A DNA stretch of 64,000 nt from Candidatus Omnitrophota bacterium (GTDB taxonomy: Bacteria > Omnitrophota > Omnitrophia > Omnitrophales > Aquincolibacteriaceae). The DNA is taken from assembly GCA_035368605.1 (NCBI GenBank), contig DAOSLF010000006.1, positions 17,301 through 81,300 of the forward strand, in the 5' to 3' direction. The position numbers and the translations under genes were made by a program. Of the stretch, positions 20,084 to 29,511 are shown one piece after another; position 1 is the stretch's first letter, and the number at the start of each line of letters is the position of its first letter. The notes under the pieces are model-generated. The model was not told the DNA's origin. It made no database searches and saw nothing but the letters and a program-made list of their open reading frames with translations.

Positions 20084-21379
20084 TCAGCGCGGCTTGAAAA
20101 CAGAATAAAAATGGCGTTCGAAATCCGGGTACGACGTCGCGATACAATCAGTGCCGTTCACAACGATCGGAGCGTTCGAAGCAAGGCTCGCGATGGCCAG
20201 ACTCATCGCGGTCCGGTGATCCGCAAAGCTGTCGATCGCCCCCCCTCTGAGCGCTTCGACGCCCCGGATGAAACACCCATCCGGAAGCTCCTCGATCGAG
20301 GCCCCGACGGCCTTCAGATTCCGGACCATGGACCGGATCCGGTCCGTTTCCTTGACGCGCAGCTCTTCGGCGCCGGAAACGAGGCTCTCGCCTTCGGCAA
20401 GAGACATCGCAACCATCAGCACGGGAAGTTCATCCACAAGCGACGGGATTTCCGAACGGCCCACCCCGGTCCCCCTGAGCCGCGCCCCCCTGACGCGGAT
20501 TTCGCCCAAAGGCTCCGGAACTTCCTGCGTAACGCGGACCTCGATCCCGGCGCCCATCCGCTTCAACACATCGAGGATCCCCGTGCGCGTGGGATTGAGC
20601 CCGACATCCCTGACAAGGATTTCTGAACCGGGAACCATCGCCGCCCCCGCGAGAAAGAACGCCGCCGAGGAAATATCGCCGGGAATCTTCGCGCAAAACG
20701 GCCGGAGGTTGTCCGTGCGTCCGATCGTGAGGAGACCGCCCTCTCGCGTGAAGTTCGCGCCCGCGGCTTTCAAAAAACGTTCCGTGTGGTCTCGCGACGC
20801 GATCGTTTCGCGAATAACCGTCGGGCCATCGGCATACATCCCGGCGAAGAGCAGTGCGGATTTGACCTGGGCGCTCGACAACCTGTTATCAAAATCGATC
20901 CCCCGGAGATTACCCCCGCGGACCGTGAGAGGAGCGAAATTCGCGTTATTCTTCCCCTTGATCTGCGCGCCCATCCGTTTGAGCGGATCGGTCACACGAC
21001 GCATCGGCCGCAACGAAAGCGACGGGTCCCCCGAAAGGGTCGTTTCAAATTCTTGTCCGGCAAGAATCCCCAGAAGCAGGCGGATCGATGTCCCCGAATT
21101 GCCGAGATAAATCTCCCCGGCCGGGGCCTTCAAGCCGCGGACCCCGTTCCCGCGAACCGTGATGACGCCGCTGCCGGGAACGTGATCGATAGAGATCCCC
21201 ATCATCCGGAGGGCTTCGAGCGTGCGCAGGCAGTCTTCACCTTCCAGGAAATTTTCATAGCGGCTTTCACCGTCGGAAAGGGAGCCGAAAAGCAGGGCTC
21301 GGTGGGATACGGACTTGTCGCCGGGCGGCATCACGGTCCCCGAAAACTTCCCGGGGCCGTTAAAGGTGAGGAAGCTCAT
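20084..21379 (-). CDS. aroA: 3-phosphoshikimate 1-carboxyvinyltransferase (EPSP synthase)
   Basis: 431 aa typical AroA. Confidence 0.9.
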   Translation of the reverse strand: MSFLTFNGPGKFSGTVMPPGDKSVSHRALLFGSLSDGESRYENFLEGEDCLRTLEALRMMGISIDHVPGSGVITVRGNGVRGLKAPAGEIYLGNSGTSIRLLLGILAGQEFETTLSGDPSLSLRPMRRVTDPLKRMGAQIKGKNNANFAPLTVRGGNLRGIDFDNRLSSAQVKSALLFAGMYADGPTVIRETIASRDHTERFLKAAGANFTREGGLLTIGRTDNLRPFCAKIPGDISSAAFFLAGAAMVPGSEILVRDVGLNPTRTGILDVLKRMGAGIEVRVTQEVPEPLGEIRVRGARLRGTGVGRSEIPSLVDELPVLMVAMSLAEGESLVSGAEELRVKETDRIRSMVRNLKAVGASIEELPDGCFIRGVEALRGGAIDSFADHRTAMSLAIASLASNAPIVVNGTDCIATSYPDFERHFYSVFKPR

Positions 21380-21391
21380 CGGAACGCGGGT

Positions 21392-21631
21392 TTAGCGGCG
21401 CGCCCAGACACGGACACGCGCGATCTCCTCGAGAATCTCGTCTTCCTTGGCCAGAATCTCTTTCTGCTGCTTCTCAAGGGAGGCAATGCGTTCCTTGATC
21501 TCCTTGAACTCGTTCATGAACCGATCCGTCCACGGGACATCCTCCGCGAAAGCGATCGCGGACACGCCGAGCGAGTGGATCGCCGTGACAATCACGGCGT
21601 ATTTGATACAGGTCAGGATCTTCTTCATCAT
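21392..21631 (-). CDS. Small secreted coiled-coil protein, paralog 2 of a tandem pair (PWTDRF motif family)
   Basis: The preferred start is MMKKILTCIKYAVIVTAIHSLGVSAIAFA (a signal peptide) with a GAAGG RBS. The mature part reads EDVPWTDRFMNEFKEIKERIASLEKQQKEILAKEDEILEEIARVRVWARR. Confidence 0.55.
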   Translation of the reverse strand: MMKKILTCIKYAVIVTAIHSLGVSAIAFAEDVPWTDRFMNEFKEIKERIASLEKQQKEILAKEDEILEEIARVRVWARR

Positions 21632-21635
21632 AAGG

Positions 21636-21887
21636 TCATGCCTTCTTCCGGGGTTTACGACGCAACTGAATTCTGAGACTGTCCAGTTCTTTGAGAATCT
21701 GCTCCTGTCTGGCAAGAATCCCGGCCCGCTGATTCTCGGCAACGATCAGCCGGGACTTGACCTGATCGAACTCCTGGAAAAACCGGTCGGTCCAGGGCGT
21801 CTCTGCGGCCATCGCGACGGGACAAACCACCACGCCGGAGAACACCAGCATCGCGGGAAAAAGACTCTTAAAACTTCCGGACCTCAT
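21636..21887 (-). CDS. Small secreted coiled-coil protein, paralog 1 of a tandem pair (PWTDRF motif family)
   Basis: The preferred start is MRSGSFKSLFPAMLVFSGVVVCPVAMA (a signal peptide) with a GAAGG RBS. The mature part reads AETPWTDRFFQEFDQVKSRLIVAENQRAGILARQEQILKELDSLRIQLRRKPRKKA. It is about 45% identical to the downstream paralog. Confidence 0.55.
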   Translation of the reverse strand: MRSGSFKSLFPAMLVFSGVVVCPVAMAAETPWTDRFFQEFDQVKSRLIVAENQRAGILARQEQILKELDSLRIQLRRKPRKKA

Positions 21888-22710
21888 CGCCTTCGGCCAC
21901 CTGGTTCTGGGCATTTTCATTGAGGATCGTGGCCGCCGCGAACTTGTCATAAAGTTTTTCGATCTGCAGGGTCGCGCTGGGCACTCCACCCTTCACAACC
22001 TTCAGCTGGTCTCCCATCTTGAGACCGTCCTTGAGCCCCATGTTCACGACGACGAAATTAAACTTCCGGTTCACGGTCAGGATACGCGTTCCCCTGGAGA
22101 GATCCACGGGGGCCGAAGCCGGCACGGAGGAAACCGCGGGGGCCGACGAGATTCCGACCGAAGGCGTTACGGCCGCGGGCGCCGCCACAACGGAAGAGGT
22201 GCTCCCCCCCGCAGCCTCGGGAGAACTGAAGACGAGTCCGCCATGCGTCGTTCCCGTACCGGGCGCGGTCATCCCTGAAAGCGTCGCCTTCACATCGGAC
22301 GGCGTGACCTTGCAGGCCTTCATGGCCTCCTCGGCCTGACGCTGGAGTTCGGTGATCCTTTTTTCCATCGCGGCGAGTTTTTCTTCTTTTTCACGCAGTT
22401 GTTCTTCGAGCGTGACTTTCGCGTCCGCGATTTGCGAACTCTGTTTTTTCAGCTGGCTCACCTGGGATTCGAAAGTCTGGGCCTTGCGCTGGTACTCCTC
22501 GCTCTCGGCCTCGAATTGTTCCTTGGCGGCCTTGATCTGCTCTTTTTCGGACTGGAGCGTCAGGACCCTCTCCTTGGACGCGTCATATTTTTCTTCGAGG
22601 TCCAGGCGAGCGCTCCGCTCGGCGCCCAGGTTCTGATAGAGGAAATAGGCGCCGCCGGCAGCGGCAAGAGAAAGGATAAATGCCAGGATGATACCGATTT
22701 TTGATCCCAT
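21868..22710 (-). CDS. Bitopic membrane protein with a long coiled coil, an Ala/Ser/Thr/Pro-rich linker and a C-terminal beta domain; function unknown
   Basis: 280 aa with an N-terminal TM helix (IGIILAFILSLAAAGGAYFLY), about 100 aa of heptad-rich sequence, and a C-terminus reading LTVNRKFNFVVVNMGLKDGLKMGDQLKVVKGG. It has a GGGGAA RBS and is first in the apparent operon with the two small paralogs. Confidence 0.6.
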   Translation of the reverse strand: MGSKIGIILAFILSLAAAGGAYFLYQNLGAERSARLDLEEKYDASKERVLTLQSEKEQIKAAKEQFEAESEEYQRKAQTFESQVSQLKKQSSQIADAKVTLEEQLREKEEKLAAMEKRITELQRQAEEAMKACKVTPSDVKATLSGMTAPGTGTTHGGLVFSSPEAAGGSTSSVVAAPAAVTPSVGISSAPAVSSVPASAPVDLSRGTRILTVNRKFNFVVVNMGLKDGLKMGDQLKVVKGGVPSATLQIEKLYDKFAAATILNENAQNQVAEGDEVRKF

Positions 22711-22954
22711 TGAACTTTTCCCCTCTGCGTTGACCCAGCCCGCCGCGCGGCCACCGTCGACTACCGGTCGAATGTCAGCCGGTCAAATGCGGGACATCTT
22801 TACTTCAGACTTGAGGTGTTGCTTTCCTCGAAGAACACCCGGAAGAGAGGGCCCGCCGTTTGATCGGACACCGCCCTCTCTTCCGGACCTGACCTGCTCG
22901 CGTAACGCGCATCCCGTCAAGATCACGGGACACGTCCGGAGAACGGATGAAACC

Positions 22955-23224
22955 TTACGAGAGGTGCTTGCTGACGAGCTTCGTCATCTCGAACATATTA
23001 ACGACTGATTTGCCACCGAACACGGCTTTAAGATTCGCGTCCGCATTGATATTGCGCTTGTTCTTCGAATCCTGAAGGCCGTTTTTCTTGATATAGGCCC
23101 ACAGTCCCTTCACAACCTCGCTGCGCGGCATCGGCCCTTTACCGACAATTACCGCGAGTTCGGAACTGATGTTCATAGGCTTCATGAACGCTGCGTTTGC
23201 TTTCGCCATTGTGCTTCTCCTCAT
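22955..23224 (-). CDS. SWIB/MDM2 domain protein
   Basis: MKPMNISSELAVIVGKGPMPRSEVVKGLWAYIKKNGLQD is a SWIB fold signature. The real start may be the internal MAKAN at about 23209. Confidence 0.75.
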   Translation of the reverse strand: MRRSTMAKANAAFMKPMNISSELAVIVGKGPMPRSEVVKGLWAYIKKNGLQDSKNKRNINADANLKAVFGGKSVVNMFEMTKLVSKHLS

Positions 23225-23275
23225 GGTTAAAAGGCCGCCGGACCCCTACGACTCCCGCGAACCTGACTGTTGGTT

Positions 23276-23304
23276 ATCATACAATAGACTTAGGCTCTCT
23301 ACAA
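23276..23304 (-). promoter_or_regulatory. Sigma70-like promoter for the SWIB gene
   Basis: On the minus strand: -35 TTGTAG, 17-nt spacer, -10 TATGAT, in an AT-rich intergenic segment about 50 nt upstream of the SWIB start. Confidence 0.45.
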
Positions 23305-23325
23305 TAAGAGCTTTACTATAGGGAA

Positions 23326-23784
23326 TTATTTCGGCTTCGCCAAGAGAAACTTCAATTCTTTCATGAAGGCGCTGACGTCCTGGAAATCGCGATAGACACT
23401 CGCAAACCGGACGTACGCCACCTGATCGACCCTGGCGAGCTTCTGCATCACGAATTCCCCGATCACCCGCGACGGAATCTCCTTCTCGTATTTCTCGCGG
23501 ATCACGGTTTCGAGGTCGTCCGCGATCGCGTCCTGCACCGCGAGCGGCACCGGACGCTTTTCGCACGCCTTGTAGATCCCGGAAAGGACCTTCTGACGGT
23601 CATAGGCCTCGCGGCGCTGGTCTTTTTTCACGATGAACATCGGGATCTCCTCGACCCGCTCATACGTCGTAAAGCGTTTGCCGCAGGCCGTGCATTCGCG
23701 GCGTCGGCGGATCACTTCCCCCTCGTTCGCCGAGCGTGAATCAACGACCTTGTCGGAATCCTGTTTGCAGAAAGGGCAGCGCAT
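23326..23784 (-). CDS. nrdR: Transcriptional repressor NrdR
   Basis: MRCPFCK... zinc ribbon plus an ATP-cone, 152 aa. Confidence 0.9.
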   Translation of the reverse strand: MRCPFCKQDSDKVVDSRSANEGEVIRRRRECTACGKRFTTYERVEEIPMFIVKKDQRREAYDRQKVLSGIYKACEKRPVPLAVQDAIADDLETVIREKYEKEIPSRVIGEFVMQKLARVDQVAYVRFASVYRDFQDVSAFMKELKFLLAKPK

Positions 23785-23787
23785 CCG

Positions 23788-25086
23788 TTACCTCTTGAGC
23801 CCCGGGTAAAGCGGGAACTGTTTCGTCAGCGCCTCCACGCGCGCGCGCACCGCCGCCAGTTTCCCCTCGTCCCCCTGGCCTTGCATAGCCTCGGTGATCA
23901 ACTCCGCGATCAGTTCCATTTCGCGTTCTTTCATCCCGCGCGTCGTCACGGCCGGCGTCCCGAGCCTCACGCCCGAACCCTTGAACGGCGATTCCTTGTC
24001 GAACGGGATCGTGTTCTTGTTGCAGGTGATCTTCACCTTGTCGAGCGCCTCCTGGACCTGCTTGCCGTTGAAACCTTTCACGGTCACGTCCACGAGCATG
24101 AGGTGATTGTCCGTGCCGCCCGAAACGATGCGCCATCCGCGGCGGCCCATCGCGTCGGCAAGCACCCTCGCGTTCTTCACGACTTGGCCGGAATACTCCC
24201 TGAATTCGGGGCTCATCGCCTCCTTGAACGCGACCGCTTTCGCCGCGATCACATGCATGAGAGGTCCGCCCTGGATGCCCGGGAAAACCGCCGAGTCGAT
24301 CGCCTTCGCATATTTTTCCCGGCAGAGGATCAGACCCGCGCGCGGCCCGCGAAGGGTCTTATGGGTCGTCGTTGTCACGATGTCCGCGTACGGGACCGGG
24401 CTCGGATGGTGGCCGGTCGCGACAAGGCCCGCGAAATGGGCCATATCAACCATCAGGAGCGCCCCGACGCTGTCCGCGATCTTTTTCCCGCGCTCGAAAT
24501 CGATCACCCGCGGGTACGCCGAGGCCCCGAGCAGGATCAGCTTCGGCTTGTGCGCGAGCGCGAGCTTCTCGAGCGCGTCATAATCGATCCGCTCATCCTT
24601 CTCGCTCACACCGTACGGGATGATCGTGTAGAGCTTTCCCGAATAATTCATCGGATGCCCGTGAGAAAGATGCCCGCCGTGCGCCAGGTTCATGCCAAGG
24701 ATCTTCGAGCCCGGTTCGAGGAGCGCCATGAAGACGGCGATGTTTGCCGATGTCCCGCTGTGCGGCTGGACGTTCGCGTGCTCCGCGCCGAAAAGCTGCT
24801 TCGCGCGGTCGATCGCGAGCTTTTCGACGACATCCGCGTTCTCGCAGCCGCCGTACCAGCGCTTTCCGGGATACCCTTCCGCGTACTTGTTCGTCAGGAC
24901 GGAACCCATCGCCTCGAGCACGGCAAGCGACGTAAAGTTCTCGCTCGCGATCAACTCGACATTCTCGTCCTGGCGACGGACCTCCGCGCATATCGCACGG
25001 AAGATGTCCGGATCGTTCTTGCGGAGATTCTCGTAATCAGTGATGTTGCTGTTCGTAAGACCTAATTTTTCCAACACGGATTTCAT
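23788..25086 (-). CDS. glyA: Serine hydroxymethyltransferase
   Basis: ELIASENF..., a PLP-lysine region and typical GlyA features. The start is uncertain (track 25122; an ATG at 25086; a non-ATG start nearer the rpiB stop is possible). Confidence 0.85.
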   Translation of the reverse strand: MKSVLEKLGLTNSNITDYENLRKNDPDIFRAICAEVRRQDENVELIASENFTSLAVLEAMGSVLTNKYAEGYPGKRWYGGCENADVVEKLAIDRAKQLFGAEHANVQPHSGTSANIAVFMALLEPGSKILGMNLAHGGHLSHGHPMNYSGKLYTIIPYGVSEKDERIDYDALEKLALAHKPKLILLGASAYPRVIDFERGKKIADSVGALLMVDMAHFAGLVATGHHPSPVPYADIVTTTTHKTLRGPRAGLILCREKYAKAIDSAVFPGIQGGPLMHVIAAKAVAFKEAMSPEFREYSGQVVKNARVLADAMGRRGWRIVSGGTDNHLMLVDVTVKGFNGKQVQEALDKVKITCNKNTIPFDKESPFKGSGVRLGTPAVTTRGMKEREMELIAELITEAMQGQGDEGKLAAVRARVEALTKQFPLYPGLKR

Positions 25087-25492
25087 GACGCCCCCTATCG
25101 AATGATGTATTGAGCCAAGCATCCACTAAAGGAAAAAGCAGCTCCTGCGGCAGGAACCCCGCGCCCAGGATCAGCATGTTCGAATCGTTGTGCGCGCGGG
25201 AAAGACGGGCCTGCTCGATATTCTGCGCGAGCGCCGCGCGAACGCCGAGCACCTTGTTCGCGGCGATCGCGCTCCCGATGCCGGTGTAGCAGATTCCGAT
25301 CGCGCGAAGGCACTCCTTCTTCGAGACCATCTCCGCGGCCTTGAACATGAAATCGGGGTAATCGCAGGAATCCTCCGAATTCGTCCCGCAGTCGACGACA
25401 TTAAAGTTCTTCTTCTGGAGGTGGCTAATCAGCGCGTTCTTCATTTGAAGTCCGCGGTGGTCGCACGCGATGGCAATCTTGGGTCTCATCAT
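25037..25492 (-). CDS. rpiB: Ribose-5-phosphate isomerase B
   Basis: [14 protein letters not shown]... RpiB/LacAB family, 151 aa. Confidence 0.85.
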   Translation of the reverse strand: MMRPKIAIACDHRGLQMKNALISHLQKKNFNVVDCGTNSEDSCDYPDFMFKAAEMVSKKECLRAIGICYTGIGSAIAANKVLGVRAALAQNIEQARLSRAHNDSNMLILGAGFLPQELLFPLVDAWLNTSFDRGRHEIRVGKIRSYEQQHH

Positions 25493-25508
25493 GATAAGGT
25501 CGGCCCTT

Positions 25509-26576
25509 TCAGGGAAGCAGGATGATCTCGTTCATGTTCGTTTTCATTTTTCTTTCGAGCTCGAGGATCGTTTTTTCATAAATGTCGATCCCGAGACCGA
25601 TCGGGTCCCCGACGTCCAGGTTCCGGATCTTCGCGCGGGACCCCGGGAGCAGTTCCTCGATTGAATCCGCATGGCACGCCGACATCACAAGGATCAGGTC
25701 CGCGCACCAGATATCGTGGACCCGGCACAACCGGCTCTTGTGACGACTGAGGTCGACGCCGCGATTCTTCATCACGAATTCGGCTTCGCTCGCGGCCGGC
25801 AGGCCCTCGCGGGCGTTGGTGCCGCAGGAGGAAACCTCAATCAGATCGGCCAGCCCCCGGCGCTCCAGTTCGTCCTTCAACCACCCTTCTCCCATCGGGG
25901 AGCGGCAGGAATTCCCGGTGCAGACAACGATGATCTTTTTTTTCGGATAACACCCCGCCTTCACCATCGCCACGGCCTTCTCGACCTCGGAGGCACACGC
26001 GCCCTTCCTGAGAATCACGGGTTCCTCCCCGCTCAGGTCGAGCACGGTCGATTCATGGGCGAACTCCGTTTTTCCCGAGTCGATCAGACAATCGATCGCG
26101 TTCCCGAACTGTTCAAAGACCTGCTGGGCCGTGTACGGCGACGGCATCCCGCTTTTGTTACCGCTCGTCGCGACGAACGGCTCGCCGGCCTCGCAGATCA
26201 GACGCCTTGCCACCTTGTTCTTCGGGAACCGGACACCGACCGTCCCGCCTTTCGTTCCGTTCAGAATCAGCGTGACAGGTCCCGGCCAGAAATTCCTTAT
26301 AAAAAAGCGCACCGCCGGCGTCTGAACGACTCCGATCCTGTCGATCATGTCCCAGTCGCCGATATGGAGTGAGAAAGGCTTTTGTTCCCCGCGCCCCTTG
26401 ATGTCGCGCAGCCGCTGATCGATACCCGGCGCCGACCGGACGCCGCCGATACCGTAGACCGTCTCGGTCGGGAACCCCACGATCTTGCCCTCACGACAGG
26501 TCCTGACAGCTTCCTTCAGCCTGGCGTTATCCGGATCCCGGTGATCCAGCTTTATGATTATGGAGGTCGCTTTCAT
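25509..26576 (-). CDS. tsaC: Fusion protein: L-threonylcarbamoyladenylate synthase (TsaC/YrdC/Sua5 domain) N-terminal plus low-molecular-weight protein tyrosine/arginine phosphatase C-terminal
   Basis: The N-terminal 200 aa have YrdC features (KIVGFPTETVYGIG...). The C-terminal 150 aa have the LMW-PTP P-loop CTGNSCRSPMGEGW and a DPIG/DPY-type acid loop. Confidence 0.8.
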   Translation of the reverse strand: MKATSIIIKLDHRDPDNARLKEAVRTCREGKIVGFPTETVYGIGGVRSAPGIDQRLRDIKGRGEQKPFSLHIGDWDMIDRIGVVQTPAVRFFIRNFWPGPVTLILNGTKGGTVGVRFPKNKVARRLICEAGEPFVATSGNKSGMPSPYTAQQVFEQFGNAIDCLIDSGKTEFAHESTVLDLSGEEPVILRKGACASEVEKAVAMVKAGCYPKKKIIVVCTGNSCRSPMGEGWLKDELERRGLADLIEVSSCGTNAREGLPAASEAEFVMKNRGVDLSRHKSRLCRVHDIWCADLILVMSACHADSIEELLPGSRAKIRNLDVGDPIGLGIDIYEKTILELERKMKTNMNEIILLP

Positions 26577-26593
26577 CGCTCGTGTTTTCCGTG

Positions 26594-27103
26594 TCAGGTC
26601 TCTTTTAATTTATTCTGGAGTTTCTGGTTCTTTTCCCGGCAGGCCTCAGCCATCTTTTTTTTATAGGCACCCAGCTTCCCCGCGACCCCGGCGTCAGAAA
26701 GTCCGAGGATCTGCGCCGCCAGCAGCGCCGCGTTCCGGGCGCCCGGCTTCCCGACCGCCACCGTCGCCACCGGGATTCCCGCGGGCATCTGAACGGTCGC
26801 GAGCAAGGCGTCCATCCCGTTCAGGTCCGTCGCCGCGAGCGGGACCCCGATCACGGGCAACACCGTGTTGGCGGCCACGGCACCCGCGAGGTGCGCCGCG
26901 CCTCCCGCGCCCGCGATAATGACCTTGATGCCGTTTGCCGCGGCCGAGGCCGCGAATTCCGCGACAAGCTCCGGTGTCCGGTGAGCGGACATGACCTGCA
27001 TGCTGAACGGAATCCCGAACTCCTTCAGGACTGACGCGCACTCCTGCATCACGTCGAGATCCGAATCGCTTCCCATTACGATCGACACGATTTCTTTCGT
27101 CAT
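26594..27103 (-). CDS. purE: N5-carboxyaminoimidazole ribonucleotide mutase
   Basis: 169 aa PurE signature. Confidence 0.9.
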   Translation of the reverse strand: MTKEIVSIVMGSDSDLDVMQECASVLKEFGIPFSMQVMSAHRTPELVAEFAASAAANGIKVIIAGAGGAAHLAGAVAANTVLPVIGVPLAATDLNGMDALLATVQMPAGIPVATVAVGKPGARNAALLAAQILGLSDAGVAGKLGAYKKKMAEACREKNQKLQNKLKET

Positions 27104-28422
27104 TTGAGCACCTCAATGGCCCTGCGGCCGATGTCCCGGCGGAAGAATCCGCCTTCGAAATGGATCTGGTGGATCGCCTGGTATGCCGTTTCGCAGGCCG
27201 CGCGGAGACTGTCGCCGAGCGCCGTGACGGCCAGCACGCGCCCGCCCGCCGTGACAACTTCCTTTTTCTCGTTGAACGCCGTGCCCGCATGGAACACGAC
27301 CACGTCCGGGACCGCCTCCGCGGCCGGCAGGCCCCGGATCGGGAAACCTTTTTGACAGGCCCCGGGATAACCGCCGGACGCCATCACGACCGTAATGCAG
27401 GACTTCTCATGCCATTGGAGCGACCGGTGGCGGAGCTTCCCGCCCGCGATCTCCATCATGACGGGCAGAAGGTCGGTCTTGAGACGAGGCAGGATCACCT
27501 CCGTCTCGGGGTCGCCGAACCGGCAGTTGTATTCGAGGACATACGGACCGTCCTTCGTCATCATGAGCCCGGCATAGAGAACCCCGCGGTACGGCGTCCC
27601 TTCCTTGCGGAGACCGTCGATGATGGGCCGCACCGTCTTGTCGATAATGGTTCCGATCGAGGCCTCGTCGAATTGCGCGCTCGGGGAATACGCTCCCATG
27701 CCGCCCGTGTTGGGACCGCGGTCATGTTCATAGGCACGCTTGTGGTCCCGCGCGCTCGCGAGCGGCAGAATTGTCTCGCCGTCGGTCAGCACGAGGATCG
27801 AAAGCTCCTCGCCTTCGAGTTTCTGTTCGATCACGACCTTGTCACCCGCGGCCCCGAAGACCTTTTTCTCCATGATCCCGGAAAGCGCCGCCACGGCCTG
27901 CTCGGAAGTGTCGCACATCACAACACCTTTGCCCGCCGCCAGTCCGTCCGCCTTGATTACGACCGGCATTTCGGTCTCGACCGCGTAGTGCATCGCCTCT
28001 TTGGCGTGCGTGAACACCTCATAAGCCGCGGTCGGGACCCCGAAGCGGTTCATGACATCCTTCGAGAACGATTTGCTGCCCTCGAGCATCGCCATCTTCG
28101 CGGAAGGTCCGAAGACTTTCAGGCCCCTGGCGTGGAATTTGTCATAAATCCCCGCCACGAGCGGCAACTCGGGACCCACGACCGTCAGATCGATTTTATT
28201 ATCAACCGCGAATTTCAGGAGCCCGTCCAGATCATCGGAGGAGACATTGACGCATTCGGCGTGCTTCGCGATCCCCGCGTTCCCGGGCGCGCAGTAGAGC
28301 TTCGCCAGTTTCGGGCTCTGCGCGATCTTCCACGCAAGCGCGTGCTCGCGGCCGCCGCCACCCACCAGCAGCACTTTCAGCTTATCCGCACCGCCTTCCG
28401 GTCTTTTGTTTTCTGGCATCAT
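27100..28422 (-). CDS. purD: Phosphoribosylamine-glycine ligase
   Basis: [18 protein letters not shown]... The start is placed at MMPENK; the track begins 15 codons earlier at 28467. Confidence 0.85.
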   Translation of the reverse strand: MMPENKRPEGGADKLKVLLVGGGGREHALAWKIAQSPKLAKLYCAPGNAGIAKHAECVNVSSDDLDGLLKFAVDNKIDLTVVGPELPLVAGIYDKFHARGLKVFGPSAKMAMLEGSKSFSKDVMNRFGVPTAAYEVFTHAKEAMHYAVETEMPVVIKADGLAAGKGVVMCDTSEQAVAALSGIMEKKVFGAAGDKVVIEQKLEGEELSILVLTDGETILPLASARDHKRAYEHDRGPNTGGMGAYSPSAQFDEASIGTIIDKTVRPIIDGLRKEGTPYRGVLYAGLMMTKDGPYVLEYNCRFGDPETEVILPRLKTDLLPVMMEIAGGKLRHRSLQWHEKSCITVVMASGGYPGACQKGFPIRGLPAAEAVPDVVVFHAGTAFNEKKEVVTAGGRVLAVTALGDSLRAACETAYQAIHQIHFEGGFFRRDIGRRAIEVLK

Positions 28423-28485
28423 GTCCGGTCTCTCGCTCGCGCGGCCCAGCTCACACGGCCGCGGCATTGGATCATTCAGGGAAAT

Positions 28486-29511
28486 TCAAACCACTTCTAC
28501 TTTATGGCCTTTGACGATCTTTCCGATCGGCCATGACTTCAGCCTGAACGTTTTGAGAAGCGCCTGGGCCTTCGTCACGTCCCGCGTCCCGAGGATCAGG
28601 GTCATCCCGATCCCCATATTGAACGTCTTGAACATATCAAAGTCGGAAATATTTCCGGCCTTCTGCGCCCTGCGGAAAATAAACGGTATCTCCCAGGCAT
28701 GGGAATCGATCAGGGCCGTGAGCCCCTTCGGCATCACCCGCGGCAGGTTGTCGTAGAAAGCGCCGCCCGTGATATTGACGATCCCCTTGAGACGCACCTT
28801 CTCGAGGACCTTCAGGACCGGCTTCACATAAATGATCGTGGGCGTCAGGAGTTCGCGGCCGATCATTCCTTTCAACTCCTTTTCGGAAAAGACGCGCCGA
28901 ACGAGCGAATAACCGTTCGAATGGAACCCCGATGACTGGATTCCGAGCACGATGTCTCCTTCGCGGATCGCGGCGCCTGAAACAATTTTCTTGCGGTCAA
29001 CCGCGCCGACGGAGAACCCGGCGATGTCGTACTGCGCCGACTGGCCCGCGCGCCGGTCCCCGTAGAAACCGGGCATGATCGCCGTTTCGCCGCCCACGAG
29101 GGCGCATCCCGCCTGCCGGCATCCGTCCGTAACGCCTTTAAGGACCTCGCCGACGGTGCGCGGCTCGAACTTCCCGGTCGCGTAATAATCGAGGAAGAAA
29201 AGCGGTTTCGCGCCGCAGCAGATGAGGTCGTTGACGCACATCGCGACAAGGTCGATCCCGATCGTGTCGTGTTTTCCGATCAGCCGCGCGAGCTCAAGCT
29301 TCGTGCCGACACCGTCGGTCGACGCCACGAGAAGCGGATCCCTGATCCCGGATTTCTTCAGGTCAAAAAGGGACGCGAAACCGAGCGTGTTCCCCATCAC
29401 ACCGCTCACGTGCGTGGAACGGATCAGACCGGCGATCTTTCGATTGTAGGCCGCGTCACCCTTCAGGTGCGGCACACCGGCTCTTTCATAAGTCCATCGT
29501 TTATGCGCCAC
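28486..29511 (-). CDS. purM: Phosphoribosylformylglycinamidine cyclo-ligase (AIR synthetase)
   Basis: 341 aa PurM. Confidence 0.9.
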   Translation of the reverse strand: MAHKRWTYERAGVPHLKGDAAYNRKIAGLIRSTHVSGVMGNTLGFASLFDLKKSGIRDPLLVASTDGVGTKLELARLIGKHDTIGIDLVAMCVNDLICCGAKPLFFLDYYATGKFEPRTVGEVLKGVTDGCRQAGCALVGGETAIMPGFYGDRRAGQSAQYDIAGFSVGAVDRKKIVSGAAIREGDIVLGIQSSGFHSNGYSLVRRVFSEKELKGMIGRELLTPTIIYVKPVLKVLEKVRLKGIVNITGGAFYDNLPRVMPKGLTALIDSHAWEIPFIFRRAQKAGNISDFDMFKTFNMGIGMTLILGTRDVTKAQALLKTFRLKSWPIGKIVKGHKVEVV

